Of a DNA stretch of 33,500 nucleotides, positions 1-8,899 are shown piece by piece (positions within the stretch are counted from its first letter, which is position 1; every line of letters starts with the position of its first letter). Position numbers and translations under genes: made by a program. The notes beneath the pieces were generated by a model. The model searched no databases. It had not been told where the DNA came from and saw only the letters and a list, made by a program, of their open reading frames with translations. The DNA comes from a virus (lineage: Duplodnaviria; Caudoviricetes): positions 1 through 33,500 of IMG/VR virus record IMGVR_UViG_3300044724_002115; one strand, 5' to 3'.

Positions 1-8
1 AAAGACAC
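1..8 (+). repeat. 16-bp palindrome, right half only (cut by window edge)
   Basis: Window begins AAAGACAC, 14 nt before ATG 23. Confidence 0.55.
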
Positions 9-22
9 ATAAATTAAATCAA

Positions 23-274
23 ATGGCAAATTTATTAAAAGCAAACGGAACGGTAGAAGAGAATGTATCTATCAAAACATTAGAAGATATGCAGAGTTTA
101 GTGGGTGGTTACATTGAGTTTGTATACACTACAAGTGACAAGGTACTAATCGTAAACGAAGAGGGATTGCTTACGGCACTTCCCCTTAATCAGACAGCAT
201 CAGACATAGCAGAGCAGACAATAGTTGGAGATGTTATAGAGGTGTCAATGGATGAATATAAAAAGATGATGTAA
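23..274 (+). CDS. DUF3846-like small phage protein
   Basis: 83 aa. LEDMQSLVGGYIE...LIVNEEG...LPLN..AS....IVGDV pattern typical of DUF3846. Confidence 0.7.
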   Translation: MANLLKANGTVEENVSIKTLEDMQSLVGGYIEFVYTTSDKVLIVNEEGLLTALPLNQTASDIAEQTIVGDVIEVSMDEYKKMM

Positions 275-375
275 TGGGAAAGAGTAAGCAAGAGTTCACA
301 GACATACGTGAGCAGGAGATACAACAAGAATCTCAGGACGAACAGATAGAAATGTTAAATAAAAAACTAAACTAA
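274..375 (+). CDS. small acidic hypothetical protein (33 aa, not in ORF track)
   Basis: ATG overlaps the upstream stop (TAATG). Reads MGKSKQEFTDIREQEIQQESQDEQIEMLNKKLN*, ends 1 nt before the next ATG, and fills the gap exactly. Confidence 0.6.
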   Translation: MGKSKQEFTDIREQEIQQESQDEQIEMLNKKLN

Positions 376-376
376 A

Positions 377-673
377 ATGAAAGCAAAAATATTTAGCAAG
401 TACGCAGACAAGGTCTGCAAGCTTTACGGAATAGAGGAAGATATGCTATTCACAAAGACAAAGAGAAGGGACTGCGTTGATGCACGACATCTACTGTACT
501 ACCTATGCTCGGTTAGACCTATGAAGCAGGTCTACATTCAGGAGTATATGGCAGAGAGAGGGTACGACATTCCGCACTCATCCATACACCACGGTATAGC
601 ACAGGTTAAGAAAAAGCTTGAGGCTCAGGATACTGATTACGTTCAGACCATAGAATCCATAGCAAATGTATAG
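377..673 (+). CDS. DnaA C-terminal (domain IV)-like HTH DNA-binding protein
   Basis: TKRRDCVDARHLLYYL...HSSIHHGIAQV resembles the DnaA_C signature (R.R.iv.aRq.amYL...dHtTV.ha). Confidence 0.65.
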   Translation: MKAKIFSKYADKVCKLYGIEEDMLFTKTKRRDCVDARHLLYYLCSVRPMKQVYIQEYMAERGYDIPHSSIHHGIAQVKKKLEAQDTDYVQTIESIANV

Positions 674-1067
674 CCTTGAGGACATATACGAGCAGGCTGA
701 GAAGGATAGGTTTGCTGTATCATTAGACAATGAGCAGTACAAATCTAAATTAGTTTATGGTGTCAAGATAATCAAGGATAAATCATCTAACGAGATTGAG
801 ATACTTAACACAATGATAGGTGGAGACTACTACTGTAAGGCAACAAGAAAAGAATTAGAAATTTTTCTAGAAAGGGGTTGGAGATATGGAGTTTATGTCT
901 TATCTTTGTCTAACCTTCGTTCAAAGCTTGACCTAATCGAGGAAAGAATTAAGGAGGAACTTACCGGTAAGAATAGCCAAAAGAAATATAAGATACTTAA
1001 GAACCAAAGAGAAAAAGTTCTTGAGAAGTACAGTCAATTAAATTATAAATTAAATCAAATCAAATGA
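666..1067 (+). CDS. hypothetical protein with C-terminal coiled coil
   Basis: 133-aa ORF overlapping both neighbours by a few nt. Confidence 0.7.
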   Translation: MYSLEDIYEQAEKDRFAVSLDNEQYKSKLVYGVKIIKDKSSNEIEILNTMIGGDYYCKATRKELEIFLERGWRYGVYVLSLSNLRSKLDLIEERIKEELTGKNSQKKYKILKNQREKVLEKYSQLNYKLNQIK

Positions 1068-1750
1068 GCGAAACAAAAGCTACGGCTAAGAAGCCAACGA
1101 CAACAAGGAAGAAGGTGCAGACTACCTTTGAGAAATTATCTGCCATTAATGTAAACAAATTCGTTGAGAAGAAGAACGGATTAACTTATCTGTCTTGGGC
1201 ATTTGCTTGGTCAGAGACTAAGAAGAACTGCCCATCAGCTACGTACAGTATAGGTGAGACAGAGTACGATGACCACATAGGGTTTATGTGTCACACAAGT
1301 GTAACCATAGATGGTGAGACACTAGAGATGTGGCTACCGGTTATGGACTCTAAGAATCAGTCAATGAAAAAGACTGCGTACTCGTATCAGACACGCTACG
1401 GACAGAAGGAGGTAGCTGCTGCAACTACATTCGATATCAACAAAACAATTATGAGGTGCTTGGTTAAGAACCTTGCGATGTTTGGGTTAGGTATCTATAT
1501 ATATGCGGGAGAGGATATGCCTCAGGAGTCAGAGGTTGTGTCTTCAAAGACACCGACCAACGGAGTATCTAAGGAACCAAGCAAGGATGCTAAGCCTACG
1601 ATAGATGTGAGGAGCGAGATGTGGGATGCACTTAAGAAGTTCTGCGAGGCTAACAAGACTCTTGGATATAAGAAGCTTTGCGATAAGATAGGTATGAAGT
1701 ACACGCTATCGGCATCAGTTAAAAATGAAATCAAAAACTTAATAAAATAG
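1064..1750 (+). CDS. Sak/Rad52-like single-strand annealing protein (DUF1071)
   Basis: INVNKFVEKKNGLTYLSWAFAW, MWLPVMD and INKTIMRCLVKNLAMFGLGIYIYAGED motifs. Confidence 0.85.
   Translation: MSETKATAKKPTTTRKKVQTTFEKLSAINVNKFVEKKNGLTYLSWAFAWSETKKNCPSATYSIGETEYDDHIGFMCHTSVTIDGETLEMWLPVMDSKNQSMKKTAYSYQTRYGQKEVAAATTFDINKTIMRCLVKNLAMFGLGIYIYAGEDMPQESEVVSSKTPTNGVSKEPSKDAKPTIDVRSEMWDALKKFCEANKTLGYKKLCDKIGMKYTLSASVKNEIKNLIK
1538..1553 (+). repeat. GTGTCTTCAAAGACAC copy 1 (inside Sak-like gene)
   Basis: Exact match; encodes VSSKT in the linker after the conserved domain. Confidence 0.95.
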
Positions 1751-1752
1751 AT

Positions 1753-2481
1753 ATGAACGCAGAAACAATCAACAGACTAAGGGATGACTCTGAATACTAC
1801 GGAGCATTCGGAAAGCAGTACCTATCCAACTCGGATATAGGTACGCTACTAAAGAATCCTACAGAGTTTAGGAAACCACAGGATGACAACGTAAACTTTC
1901 ACAAGGGAAGATACTTTCATCAGCTAATACTTGAACCCGAGAAGGCGGCAGAGGTTCCCTTCATTGATGTAAGCTCAAGAAATACTAAGGCATATAAGGA
2001 GCAGGCAGTTAATGGAATCATTATGCTAGAGAAGGAAGGTCAGGAGATAAGAGATTGTGTAGATGCGATGATGCAGAACCTACCATTCTTTGAGGGAATC
2101 AGACAAGAGGATAACGAGTACGAGGTTCCATCCATTAAAACTATTCACGGTATAGAGTGGAAGGGAAAGGCAGACATCGTATGTAAGGATAAGCTGATAG
2201 ACCTAAAGACCACCGGCTCTATCTCAGAGTTCAAGTGGTCAGCAAGAAAGTACAACTACGACAGTCAGTGCTTTATATATCAGGAGCTATTCGGTAGACC
2301 ATTAGAGTTCTACGTGGTTGACAAGTCAAGCAAGCAACTAGGAATCTACAAGCCATCTCAGGAGTTCGTAGACAGAGGCGAGCAGAAGGTACTGAAGGCT
2401 ATTGAGGTATACAATAAGTTCTTCAGCGACAAGGCAACTGATGACATAAACGAGTTCTATATTCAGGACATATTATTTTAA
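1753..2481 (+). CDS. PD-(D/E)XK exonuclease (DUF3799/RecE-like)
   Basis: LSNSDI, GRYFHQLILEP, WKGKADIV...IDLKTT and Y.YDSQCFIY motifs; adjacent to the annealing protein. Confidence 0.8.
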   Translation: MNAETINRLRDDSEYYGAFGKQYLSNSDIGTLLKNPTEFRKPQDDNVNFHKGRYFHQLILEPEKAAEVPFIDVSSRNTKAYKEQAVNGIIMLEKEGQEIRDCVDAMMQNLPFFEGIRQEDNEYEVPSIKTIHGIEWKGKADIVCKDKLIDLKTTGSISEFKWSARKYNYDSQCFIYQELFGRPLEFYVVDKSSKQLGIYKPSQEFVDRGEQKVLKAIEVYNKFFSDKATDDINEFYIQDILF

Positions 2482-2490
2482 ACAAAAACA

Positions 2491-2532
2491 ATAGGGAGGT
2501 AGGAGTTAAGTTCCTATGGCTTATCTCCCTAT
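2491..2532 (+). other. intergenic stem-loop upstream of the SSB-like gene
   Basis: ATAGGGAGGTAGG (2491-2503) pairs with CTTATCTCCCTAT (2520-2532), with 2 G-U pairs. No U-tract follows. Confidence 0.5.
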
Positions 2533-2568
2533 ACATATATCAATGGAGCAAACATAAAACAAAACAAA

Positions 2569-2841
2569 ATGGCAGAAGACAAAATCTTTGCAGAAGGTTT
2601 CTCGTTTAAGAGAAATGACAACGCACCCGAGTTCGTGGTGGGTAAACAATCAATCAAGGTAGACGAAGCAATAGCTTGGTTGAAATCAAACGCTAAGAAT
2701 GGATGGGTAAACCTAGACATAAAGAGAGCGAAGGGTGGAAACTACTACTGTGAATTAGATACTTGGGAATCACCTAAGTCTAGCACAGGAAAGAAGTCTA
2801 CACCAACAAAAAAAGAAGAGGTAAATGACCTACCATTCTAG
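2569..2841 (+). CDS. putative single-stranded DNA-binding protein
   Basis: 90 aa, beta-rich core, flexible tail ending EEVNDLPF (SSB-type C terminus); follows the Sak and exonuclease genes. Confidence 0.6.
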   Translation: MAEDKIFAEGFSFKRNDNAPEFVVGKQSIKVDEAIAWLKSNAKNGWVNLDIKRAKGGNYYCELDTWESPKSSTGKKSTPTKKEEVNDLPF

Positions 2842-2843
2842 TT

Positions 2844-2859
2844 GTGTCTTCAAAGACAC
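2844..2859 (+). repeat. GTGTCTTCAAAGACAC copy 2 (intergenic)
   Basis: Exact match, 2 nt after the SSB-like stop, before the terminator. Confidence 0.95.
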
Positions 2860-2870
2860 CAAGAAAGTTA

Positions 2871-2899
2871 AGGGGATGCCAAGTGTATCCCCTCTTTTT
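2871..2899 (+). terminator. intrinsic terminator after the recombination genes
   Basis: AGGGGATGC-caagt-GTATCCCCT stem followed by CTTTTTT. Confidence 0.75.
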
Positions 2900-2924
2900 T
2901 GCCCGAGCTATGGCAGTTTTGTTA

Positions 2925-3069
2925 ACTTTAATTGCCTATATACTCTTTTTATTTATTATATTTATATTTCTTTTTCTCTTCATATAAAGAGAAATAATCA
3001 ACATAATCAACACTAGGTCTGACTATCAGTTAGTTAGACAAAATTAACTAACATAAAATCAACATTACT
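2925..3069. other. candidate replication origin / AT-rich control region
   Basis: Very AT-rich tract, three AATCAACA repeats and two inverted repeats directly upstream of the primase-helicase gene. Confidence 0.4.
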
Positions 3070-5493
3070 ATGACATCTAAGGTAACAATCTTCAAGAACA
3101 TTAAGGATACAGACACCCCATTCCACAGAGATGTGGACTTGGTACTACAAAGAATTAAGGATGGTGCTACAAAGAATCTAGTTAAGAGCATCAGGCTAGC
3201 AAAGGATAAGAACGAAAGGAACGAGCTAAAGAAAAGGTTACCCGCTATTTGTTTCAGCGGTGTGTTCAACAAGAGAAGCGATGCATCATTGGTGGAGCAC
3301 TCAGGATTAATATGCTTGGACTTCGATGGATACGAAAAGAAAAAGATACTTCTTGAGCACAAGGAGAAGATGACAAAGGATAGCTACGTATATTCCTGCT
3401 TCATATCTCCAAGCGGTAACGGACTGAAGGTACTTGTTAAGACACCTGCAGACCTACCCGACAATCACACAAGCTACTTCCATTCACTAGGAAAGTACTT
3501 CGACTCTCCTTACTTCGACAAGGTATGTAAGAATGTATCAAGGGTGTGCTATGAATCTTACGACCCATTAATACACATCAATCCTACATCTAATGTTTGG
3601 GATACAATAACTGAGCAGGAGTATAAAGAGGTGGATGTACACAGAGACCCGCCTACTATACCAATCTCAGATGAGAACAAGATAGTGGAGATACTTGTTA
3701 AGTGGTGGGAGAAGAAGTATCCTATGACAGAGGGACAGAGAAATCAAAACTGCTACGTACTTGCAATGGCATTCAACGATTACGGTGTAGCTAAATCACT
3801 AGCAGGTTATGTATTAAACAACTACGCTAACAGAGACTTCCCTATATCAGAGATAAGCAGAACGATTGACAGCGCATACATCAACACAGCTAACTTCGGA
3901 ACTAAGTACTACGAGGATGAGGAGAAGCTATCAAGTATCAAGGACAAGCTAAGGAAGGGTGTGTCAAAAAAAGAGATTAGGAATCAGCTGTCGGACACAG
4001 GCTTAGATTCTGAGGAGATTGATATGGTTGTCCAAAAGATTGAGAAGGAACAATCGAAGCAGACATTTTGGGAGAAGACAGAGAAGGGTAAGGTATCTAT
4101 CGTGCACTACTCATTTAAAAAGTTCTTAGAGGATAATGGTTTCTATAAGTACTGTCCTGAGGGAAGCAAGAACTTTGTCTTTGTCAAGGTAACTAATAAC
4201 CTAATAGACCACACATCGCAGAAGGATATAAAAGATTTTATATTGAACTACCTATCTGAGTTGGATGACCTATCTGTTTATAACTACTTCGCTGACCAAG
4301 TAAGATTCTTCAGGGAAGAGTTCCTTACACTGCTCAACACTATAGATATATACTTCATAGAGGATACCAAGGATGCAGCTTACCTATACTATCAGAACTG
4401 TGCGGTTAAGATAACCAAGGATATGATAGAGCCGATAGACTACATTGATTTAGGTGGCTACGTTTGGAAGGACCACATAATAAATCGCAAGTACAAGATA
4501 TGTGATGAGTCAAGGTGTGACTACTCCACATTCATATCTAATATCTGCGGTGGTGAGGACAGCAGGGTTAAGACAATGGAATCAACGATAGGTTATATGC
4601 TACACGGATACAAGAACCTAAGCTACTGCCCGGCAATAATACTTAACGATGAGGTTATATCTGATAACCCCGAGGGTGGAACAGGTAAGGGTTTGTTTAT
4701 GAACGCACTATCTCAGATGAAGAAGCTAGTAGTTATTGATGGTAAGGCATTCGCATTCGAGAAATCATTTCCTTATCAGACAGTATCTGCTGACACTCAG
4801 CTGCTTTGCTTTGATGATGTAAAGAAACACTTTGACTTTGAGAGGTTGTTCAGTGTGGTTACAGAGGGATTAACTCTTGAGAAGAAGAACAAGGATGCAA
4901 TCAAGATACCGTTCAGCAAGTCACCGAAGATAGCGATAACAACTAACTACGCAATCAAGGGTTCGGGTAACTCATTCGAGAGAAGGAAGTGGGAGATAGA
5001 ATTACATCAGCACTACAACAAGAACTTCACACCATTGGATGAGTTCGGTAAACATTTCTTTGCTGATTGGGATGAGGATGAGTGGTGCTTGTTCGATAAC
5101 TATATGACATACTGCCTACAGGATTACTTGGAGACAGGATTAGTTAAGAGCACGTTCGTTAACCTAAAGATAAGACAGCTGTCTGCTCAGACATCTCACG
5201 ATTTTATTGAGTGGTGCGGATTGATTGAGGGACACGCAAAGAATGATATGCTTAGGATTGATGAGAGGCTGATGATGCAGGACCTATACTTTGATTTCAT
5301 TGGTGAGTATCCTGACTACGGACCCAAGGCAAAGATGACTATAAGCAGAACTAGATTCTACAGATGGGTTGTTGCTTACGGACAGTACACAACTAACAAT
5401 CAACCTCAGGAAGGAAGAGACAGCAACGGAAGGTGGATAATAATTAACTCACCTAAAAGAGCTAAGCTAATACAAAGTGAAATGCAACTATAA
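3070..5493 (+). CDS. primase-helicase (VirE-N/BT4734-like AEP domain, PriCT, SF3 helicase)
   Basis: KKRLPAICFSG, SGLICLDFD, FISPSGNGLKV, D..CKNVSRVCYESYDP; EGQRN (PriCT); Walker A GGTGKG, Walker B CFDD, motif C ITTN. Confidence 0.85.
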   Translation: MTSKVTIFKNIKDTDTPFHRDVDLVLQRIKDGATKNLVKSIRLAKDKNERNELKKRLPAICFSGVFNKRSDASLVEHSGLICLDFDGYEKKKILLEHKEKMTKDSYVYSCFISPSGNGLKVLVKTPADLPDNHTSYFHSLGKYFDSPYFDKVCKNVSRVCYESYDPLIHINPTSNVWDTITEQEYKEVDVHRDPPTIPISDENKIVEILVKWWEKKYPMTEGQRNQNCYVLAMAFNDYGVAKSLAGYVLNNYANRDFPISEISRTIDSAYINTANFGTKYYEDEEKLSSIKDKLRKGVSKKEIRNQLSDTGLDSEEIDMVVQKIEKEQSKQTFWEKTEKGKVSIVHYSFKKFLEDNGFYKYCPEGSKNFVFVKVTNNLIDHTSQKDIKDFILNYLSELDDLSVYNYFADQVRFFREEFLTLLNTIDIYFIEDTKDAAYLYYQNCAVKITKDMIEPIDYIDLGGYVWKDHIINRKYKICDESRCDYSTFISNICGGEDSRVKTMESTIGYMLHGYKNLSYCPAIILNDEVISDNPEGGTGKGLFMNALSQMKKLVVIDGKAFAFEKSFPYQTVSADTQLLCFDDVKKHFDFERLFSVVTEGLTLEKKNKDAIKIPFSKSPKIAITTNYAIKGSGNSFERRKWEIELHQHYNKNFTPLDEFGKHFFADWDEDEWCLFDNYMTYCLQDYLETGLVKSTFVNLKIRQLSAQTSHDFIEWCGLIEGHAKNDMLRIDERLMMQDLYFDFIGEYPDYGPKAKMTISRTRFYRWVVAYGQYTTNNQPQEGRDSNGRWIIINSPKRAKLIQSEMQL

Positions 5494-5505
5494 AAACTAA
5501 ACGAT

Positions 5506-6993
5506 ATGGCACAAGATAAAAGATACGCTATGGCAGATGATGAATTTATAATACCACGCATAGCAGGTTACTCGGATGAGATGATGCTTAAACAATGCCA
5601 ACTGATGTACGATGTTATCTTTAAAAAGATAGAGCGTAAGGTTGGCAGAGGTAGAAACGCACAGATAAAACTAGAGAGAAAGTTTGAACCAAATAAACTA
5701 ATAGAGCGAAGAGCTGTAGAAAGTTTAAAGTATTACAAAGAGAAGATGAAGAACAAAAGTAAAGTTAAATACAGAGAATATCAGAAGGAGATAATAAAGA
5801 AAGGTAGCGAGGTACTGATGCTTCACAACTTTCTATACCTGACGATGGAGGTTAGGACAGGTAAGACCCTAACGAGTATGGGTATAGCTAATCTGCTAGG
5901 TGCGAAGAGGGTTCTCTTTGTAACAAAGAAGAAAGCAATCAGTAGTATAACAGATGACTATAACCTATTGGCTCCTAGCTTTGAGATAACAGTTATCAAC
6001 TACGAGTCAATGCATAAGGTTGAGGATACATCTAGCTATGACTTCTTTATATTGGATGAGGCTCACGGTATGGGAGCATTCCCTAAACCGAGCAAGAGAG
6101 CTAAGCTAGTGCAGAAGGCAATGGCTCACAATCCATTTGTTGTACTGCTATCGGGAACACCAACACCTGAGTCTTACAGTCAGATGTACCATCAGGTATA
6201 TGGAATCAAGAACAATCCATTCGCTGAGTACAAAACCTTTTATAAGTTCGCCCATAAGTTTGTTAACGTAAAGCAGAAGATGATAAACGGACTTAGGATA
6301 AATGACTATCACGATGGTAGCACTGAGATAATAGATATGATGAAGCCATACACCATAAGCTACACGCAGAAGGAGGCAGGCTTTAAGGTAGATACAAGGG
6401 AGCACATACTTGAGGTGGATATGAAACCAATTACATATCAGCTGACATCAAAGCTAAAAAGAGATAGGGTAGTTGAGGGTAAGGATGAGGTTATACTTGG
6501 TGATACACCGGTAAAGCTAATGATGAAGATGCATCAGCTGTTCTCCGGTACTGTAAAGTTTGAGTCAGGTAAATCTAAAATCATAGACCTAAGCAAGGCA
6601 GAGTTTATACACGACAACTTTGCTGATGTTAAGATAGGAATATTCTACAAGTTTACCGAGGAGCTGAATGCATTGAAGGAGGTTTACGGAGATGGATTAT
6701 GCACAGAGCTGAGTGTCTTCAAAGACACAGACAAATCAATAGCTCTTCAGATAGTCAGCGGAAGGGAGGGTATATCCCTGAAGGAAGCTAAGGCATTGGT
6801 CTACTACAACATAGACTTCAGTGCAACATCCTATTGGCAGAGCAGGGACAGGATGACAACCAAGGAAAGGTTGGAGTCAGATGTCTATTGGTTGTTCGCT
6901 AAGGGAGGTATAGAGAAGGATATCTACAAGGCGGTAAGTAAGAAGAAGGACTATACCATTAATCATTTCCGTAAGGATTTATTATCTTTGTAG
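5506..6993 (+). CDS. SNF2-like superfamily 2 helicase
   Basis: YREYQ (Q motif), EVRTGKT, INYES, ILDEAH, LSGTP, GREGISL, QSRDRM. Confidence 0.85.
   Translation: MAQDKRYAMADDEFIIPRIAGYSDEMMLKQCQLMYDVIFKKIERKVGRGRNAQIKLERKFEPNKLIERRAVESLKYYKEKMKNKSKVKYREYQKEIIKKGSEVLMLHNFLYLTMEVRTGKTLTSMGIANLLGAKRVLFVTKKKAISSITDDYNLLAPSFEITVINYESMHKVEDTSSYDFFILDEAHGMGAFPKPSKRAKLVQKAMAHNPFVVLLSGTPTPESYSQMYHQVYGIKNNPFAEYKTFYKFAHKFVNVKQKMINGLRINDYHDGSTEIIDMMKPYTISYTQKEAGFKVDTREHILEVDMKPITYQLTSKLKRDRVVEGKDEVILGDTPVKLMMKMHQLFSGTVKFESGKSKIIDLSKAEFIHDNFADVKIGIFYKFTEELNALKEVYGDGLCTELSVFKDTDKSIALQIVSGREGISLKEAKALVYYNIDFSATSYWQSRDRMTTKERLESDVYWLFAKGGIEKDIYKAVSKKKDYTINHFRKDLLSL
6713..6728 (+). repeat. GTGTCTTCAAAGACAC copy 3 (inside helicase gene)
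   Basis: Exact match; encodes SVFKDT. Confidence 0.95.
6983..6990 (+). promoter_or_regulatory. putative Bacteroidota -7 promoter element (TAnnTTTG)
   Basis: TATCTTTG 4 nt before ATG 6995. The 13-mer TTATCTTTGTAGT is identical to the one at 30801-30813 on the - strand. Confidence 0.45.
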
Positions 6994-6994
6994 T

Positions 6995-7246
6995 ATGGAG
7001 CGAAAGATAAAGGAGTCAGACCTACAGAAGAAAAGAATCAAGGAGTTGGAGGATGAGGGATACTATGTCATAAAGACAAAGCTCACAAACAAGAACGGTA
7101 TACCTGACATAATAGCTATACCACCTAACTCAGATGTATTATTCTCAGAAGTAAAAACAGGAACAGGTTCGCTCTCTAAGCTTCAGGAATACAGACTAAA
7201 AGAACTAGAGAAATATGGATTCAGAACAGAAGTATACAGAGGATAG
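6995..7246 (+). CDS. VRR-NUC domain nuclease (putative Holliday junction resolvase)
   Basis: ESDLQ, NGIPDII, FSEVK, LSKLQ..R...L...G motifs; adjacent to the SNF2 helicase as is typical. Confidence 0.85.
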   Translation: MERKIKESDLQKKRIKELEDEGYYVIKTKLTNKNGIPDIIAIPPNSDVLFSEVKTGTGSLSKLQEYRLKELEKYGFRTEVYRG

Positions 7247-7586
7247 CATAACCTATGAGATAGACGAATGGTTTATCTCTCAGTTAAAAAACTATTCAAT
7301 AGAGTCAGCATCAACTATAATAAAGCAGATAGTGGATGTGCTACCCAACCTTCCTAATAAGAATGGATGGAGCCAAACAGTTGCAGGAGTGACTGACTCT
7401 GAGGACCCTGAGTTCTTTGCTATAGAATTTCTTAAGCAGGACACAGAGGTTCCTATACTTGTGGATGTAAACTCTATATCTCTAGATGATTACCTAGATT
7501 ATATATTAAATAAAAAATCAATTAAATATTATTCAAATGAAGATACTAACAAAGAAGAAAGCTCAGCACCTGAGGGAGGTGATTGA
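7215..7586 (+). CDS. acidic hypothetical protein
   Basis: 123-aa ORF within the operon, overlapping both neighbours. Confidence 0.6.
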   Translation: MDSEQKYTEDSITYEIDEWFISQLKNYSIESASTIIKQIVDVLPNLPNKNGWSQTVAGVTDSEDPEFFAIEFLKQDTEVPILVDVNSISLDDYLDYILNKKSIKYYSNEDTNKEESSAPEGGD

Positions 7587-8070
7587 GTCTGTGCTAGGTG
7601 TTAATGTTACACTTAACAAGAGCAGGAAAAGAAATGTAGTAAACGCTAGGGTTATATACTCTCAGATACTTAAGGAGTATGGGTACGGACCAACCTGCAT
7701 AGGAAAAGCTTTGGACAAGAACCACGCTACTGTGCTGCATTATTTCAAATCATTTACTTGGAACCTAGAGCAGGATGAGGACCTAAAGATTGGGTATGAG
7801 ATGGTGCTGTATGAGTTTGAAAAAGATTACGACCCGCTGTATGGTTTAAATGAACCTCTCCTAAAAAAAGAGATATATACTTTGAGAAATAAAAATAAAG
7901 AACTATATTCACAAATTAATGATACAAAAAATCTTCTGTCCAAGGAGAGAAAGAAGGACTCAAGGTTAGAGGATATTATGTATCTGATAAGAGAACGAAC
8001 AGTAACAGGAAGAGAAGAAGAGATATTAAGAAAACTAAAAATTTTTTACAATGGTATTTACATCGACTGA
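7537..8070 (+). CDS. DnaA C-terminal-like HTH protein with coiled-coil tail
   Basis: SRKRNVVNARVIY...IGKALDKNHATVLHY matches the DnaA_C HTH signature; heptad region follows. Confidence 0.7.
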   Translation: MKILTKKKAQHLREVIESVLGVNVTLNKSRKRNVVNARVIYSQILKEYGYGPTCIGKALDKNHATVLHYFKSFTWNLEQDEDLKIGYEMVLYEFEKDYDPLYGLNEPLLKKEIYTLRNKNKELYSQINDTKNLLSKERKKDSRLEDIMYLIRERTVTGREEEILRKLKIFYNGIYID

Positions 8071-8287
8071 AATAGAAAAGATTCTAGCTACAAAAAAATT
8101 ATCTACAAAGGATAAGGAGGATAAGCTTCTTCACGCTGACTGTGATATGTATGCGAACCTAGGTACTGACTCATCCAAGGGTGAGAGGAACGATGTAAGA
8201 GCAGCTTCAAAAAGAATATACTCTGCAATCAAAACAATTAATAAACCTCTAGGCACACTACTGCTACAAGCACTAGACGATAAGTAA
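8051..8287 (+). CDS. hypothetical protein
   Basis: 78-aa ORF in the operon. Confidence 0.65.
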   Translation: MVFTSTEIEKILATKKLSTKDKEDKLLHADCDMYANLGTDSSKGERNDVRAASKRIYSAIKTINKPLGTLLLQALDDK

Positions 8288-8295
8288 TAATTAAG

Positions 8296-8490
8296 ATGCC
8301 CACCCAACAAAGTTCATACGATAAAGCAAGGCTTGTCCATATAAATAATTTAATGGACAGCCTTCATAACTCTACTAACGAAATCTATGAGAGCTTGGTG
8401 GACAGGGAATTTGACAAGCTTAAGGAAACAATAACTGAGCTACAGACTATGCTGAAGGACATCTATATATCTATAGATAATGAAATATAA
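8296..8490 (+). CDS. hypothetical helical protein
   Basis: 64-aa ORF in the operon. Confidence 0.6.
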   Translation: MPTQQSSYDKARLVHINNLMDSLHNSTNEIYESLVDREFDKLKETITELQTMLKDIYISIDNEI

Positions 8491-8899
8491 ATACACTCAG
8501 TTCAATACTGAGAAGCAGTTGTTTGATTTTTTAAAGACCAACTTCATACCTGACCTAGTTCAGACCTCAACAACCGCAAGGTTTGACTGCTACTCCAATT
8601 CCTTTAAATTAAACATAGAGCTTAAGTGCAGGAGAAAACATTACAACGAGCTGATGCTAGAGAAGAAGAAGTACGACTCTATAATGGAACGTAGTGAGTC
8701 TTTGGATATGCTTCCTGTGTATGTGAACTCTACACCCTTCGGTGTGTGGGCATTCTATCTACTAAGAAAGGAATACGATTGGTCAAAAAAATATCTTCCC
8801 AAGACAACTAATTGGAATGGTCCAAAGATAGAGAAGGATGTCACATACCTTAACATCAGTCAGGGCATTGACCTACTTTCTCTTCTTCCTCCTAGTTAG
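8480..8899 (+). CDS. PD-(D/E)XK-family nuclease-like protein
   Basis: E...RFDCY....NIELKCR...Y..LMLEKKKYD catalytic-type motif. Confidence 0.65.
   Translation: MKYKYTQFNTEKQLFDFLKTNFIPDLVQTSTTARFDCYSNSFKLNIELKCRRKHYNELMLEKKKYDSIMERSESLDMLPVYVNSTPFGVWAFYLLRKEYDWSKKYLPKTTNWNGPKIEKDVTYLNISQGIDLLSLLPPS

Noticed and set aside
2825-3016. 63-aa + strand ORF
   Set aside because: Crosses the palindrome, terminator and AT-rich tract; low-complexity F/Y/I translation.
8823-8830. TATCTTTG on the - strand inside the nuclease gene
   Set aside because: No downstream gene on that strand, and an 8-mer this AT-rich can occur by chance. An antisense promoter cannot be supported.
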